Shown: positions 41,878 to 43,589 of the stretch, in pieces
Layout of the letters: each line of letters starts with the position of its first letter
Numbering within the stretch: position 1 is the stretch's first letter
Virus record (IMG/VR): IMGVR_UViG_3300049139_000093
Location: 1-43,589 of that record
Origin: a virus
Lineage: Duplodnaviria; Caudoviricetes
Length of the DNA: 43,589 nucleotides
Reading direction: 5' to 3' (one strand)
The notes under the pieces: model-generated
Told to the model about the DNA's origin: nothing
Databases searched by the model: none
The model's input: only the letters and a program-made list of their open reading frames with translations
Position numbers and translations under genes: made by a program

Positions 41878-43589
41878 TGGCACTCTCTCCCGTTCCCTCG
41901 CTACCGAACGTAACTCGCATTGCGACGACGAATCTCGTCGCCAGCGCCGGGCCGGTCCCGCTCGGGGCCAACTTCCCGATCTACGGTGCCGGCGAGGTCG
42001 ATGTCTACGCGGACGGGGTGCTGCTCGCGCCGGGAAACTACACGCTCACCTCGGCGTCCGGCTCGCCGCTGCCATGGACCGACGCACAGGTTACGATCAA
42101 CAATCCGGTCACGGCCTCCATCGTGGTCGTCGGCAACCGCGCACCTTTTACGCAGGACATCTTCACCGACGGGGGCACCACGGCGCGGCAGCGCAACTAT
42201 GCCTATATTCGGCTGCAAACGTCGGTACGCGAACTGTGGGACCTGAAGGCCCGCATATCGCTGGTGCCGCCGGGCGTTGAACCGCCCGATGCGCTGGCGC
42301 TAAAGGACGTTCTCGATACCAACGTCGGCCCTCCCGGGCCGGCTGGCATTCCCGGCATCGGCTTCATCGAGGTGACGCCGGACGTCGAGTACTACGCGCA
42401 TGTCGGCGGGCAACCGGTCTTCACGATCAAGAACGGCGGCGGCGATGGATTCCTGTTCGGCTCGCCGGTGCGCCTGTCAGAGAACCATCCACTTTTCCGT
42501 GTCGAAACGGGTGGCCGCGGCAAGGTTCGCGCGGGCTCGCTGATCATCGGCGATCCCGGCGACACGCCAGAAATCGGCGTCTATCTTGCGATGGGCGATC
42601 CGGAGGATGGCGCTTTCTTCCCGTTGCCGAAGACGAGCGTCGGGCAACAGGGCTTCCTCCAGTACAACACGCCTTGGGCGCCTGGCGACGACAACCCGCT
42701 CGACCTGAAGCTCGCCAACCCGAACCGATTGATCAAGCCGTTCCGATTGACGAGCGGCCCGAATTTCACTGCGTCGATTTACCTGACCGGCAACTCGACG
42801 ATGTTGTCGGACCAGAAGCATTTTCCGGTCCGGTTCGTGAGCGGCTCCGGCACCGCACCGACACTGGATGTCACCAACACTCGCACCGGCGCCAACACGG
42901 GCGCGAAGGCGATCAAGCGCAATGACGGCACTGTGCCGGTGCCGGGCTATTGGGTGGCCGGGACCGAGGTCAACCTGATCTGGGTGGCCGCGTCGAACGA
43001 ATTCCGCGCCACGTCGGACACGGACGGACCGACGGGCGCGGCAACCTATCGCAACTTCTTCATGAACCCGAATTGGGCGCGGGCCGTGGGGTGGAAAACC
43101 CGGTTCGACCAGGCGCCAACCGAGACGTCGCGCACGATGTCGTTCGTGGTGGAGAACTCCAAGCCCGGCGAGACGATCCTGCGCGAACGCTTCTGGGTGT
43201 CGGGTATCGGCTCGACGGTCATCGGCGGCACAGGCTCGTTCGAGGATGCGGCCAGCGATCACGGCTGGACGGCCGAAGACAACTACCCCGGCGAGATGGA
43301 GAACTCGCCGACTGATCCAAATTATCACGGCAACTATTTTGCCGGTCTGCCGGGTCCGCACAATGCGTTCAACACGCCGGGCTTTGGCGGCCTCTCGGTG
43401 CTCATGCCTTCTCACGACAAGTGGGCGGGCATCGCAATGCGTAAGTCGGGCACGATCGACCTCGGTCTCGACATCGCCTACGACCATGCAAACGAATGGT
43501 TCCGCTTCGATGGCGTGAGCCCGGCGGTTTCGTCGGTCAATATCACGAACATCACGCAGTCGCCTGGCGGCCTTTGTCGCGTTGCGGTG
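41877..43589 (+). CDS. Tail fibre, N-terminal part (missed by the ORF track; wraps to 1456)
   Basis: Hand translation is stop-free from MALSPVPSLPNVTR; FPIY...V.VY.DG.L...YT resembles the T7 gp17 anchor; short GPPGPAGIPG. Confidence 0.88.
   Translation, partial: MALSPVPSLPNVTRIATTNLVASAGPVPLGANFPIYGAGEVDVYADGVLLAPGNYTLTSASGSPLPWTDAQVTINNPVTASIVVVGNRAPFTQDIFTDGGTTARQRNYAYIRLQTSVRELWDLKARISLVPPGVEPPDALALKDVLDTNVGPPGPAGIPGIGFIEVTPDVEYYAHVGGQPVFTIKNGGGDGFLFGSPVRLSENHPLFRVETGGRGKVRAGSLIIGDPGDTPEIGVYLAMGDPEDGAFFPLPKTSVGQQGFLQYNTPWAPGDDNPLDLKLANPNRLIKPFRLTSGPNFTASIYLTGNSTMLSDQKHFPVRFVSGSGTAPTLDVTNTRTGANTGAKAIKRNDGTVPVPGYWVAGTEVNLIWVAASNEFRATSDTDGPTGAATYRNFFMNPNWARAVGWKTRFDQAPTETSRTMSFVVENSKPGETILRERFWVSGIGSTVIGGTGSFEDAASDHGWTAEDNYPGEMENSPTDPNYHGNYFAGLPGPHNAFNTPGFGGLSVLMPSHDKWAGIAMRKSGTIDLGLDIAYDHANEWFRFDGVSPAVSSVNITNITQSPGGLCRVAV
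43463..43589. repeat. Terminal direct overlap (copy 2)
   Basis: Identical to 1-127. Confidence 0.97.

Noticed and set aside
42325-42362. Collagen domain in the tail fibre
   Set aside because: Only about four Gly-X-Y triplets; at most a short hinge.
33530-43125. Extra GTTGGCGC/GCGCCAAC matches (about 33536, 42889, 43113)
   Set aside because: They lie inside coding sequence, with no extended stem and no following CCGCGAGGA.

Overview
This looks like the complete circular (circularly permuted) genome, about 43,462 bp, of a temperate short-tailed phage. Bases 1-127 equal bases 43463-43589, which fits an assembler k-mer overlap. The host is probably an alphaproteobacterium of the Hyphomicrobiales, judging from the GapR/DUF2312 gene, high GC and a possible alpha-type LexA box. 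Gene order: tail fibre (41877 across the junction to 1456); two reverse-strand Cys-rich paralogues; lysis genes; a long leftward early region (small ORFs, probable attP, tyrosine integrase, xis, Sak4-like ATPase, RecE-like nuclease, HNH); a cI/cro switch with GGAC-N5-GTCC operators; rightward genes (GapR, RusA, adenine MTase, replication initiator); a leftward ArdC cassette; terS/terL; and a T7/BPP-1-like virion module (portal, scaffold, capsid, tail tubular A/B, three ejection proteins). The best candidate for a new system is the 20.0-22.6 kb cassette. It has a strong sigma70 promoter with operator-like repeats, followed by tiny unknown ORFs, ArdC and an HTH gene, with a paralogous HTH just upstream. 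Four of its six cistrons are preceded by a covarying G-UUGGCG-C hairpin and (AA)CCGCGAGGA, two of them also by a long GNRA-capped stem, and it lies beside a probable genome end. A GGTGCGTTGC late-promoter motif occurs six times. All calls come from reading motifs by eye; no database searches were run.
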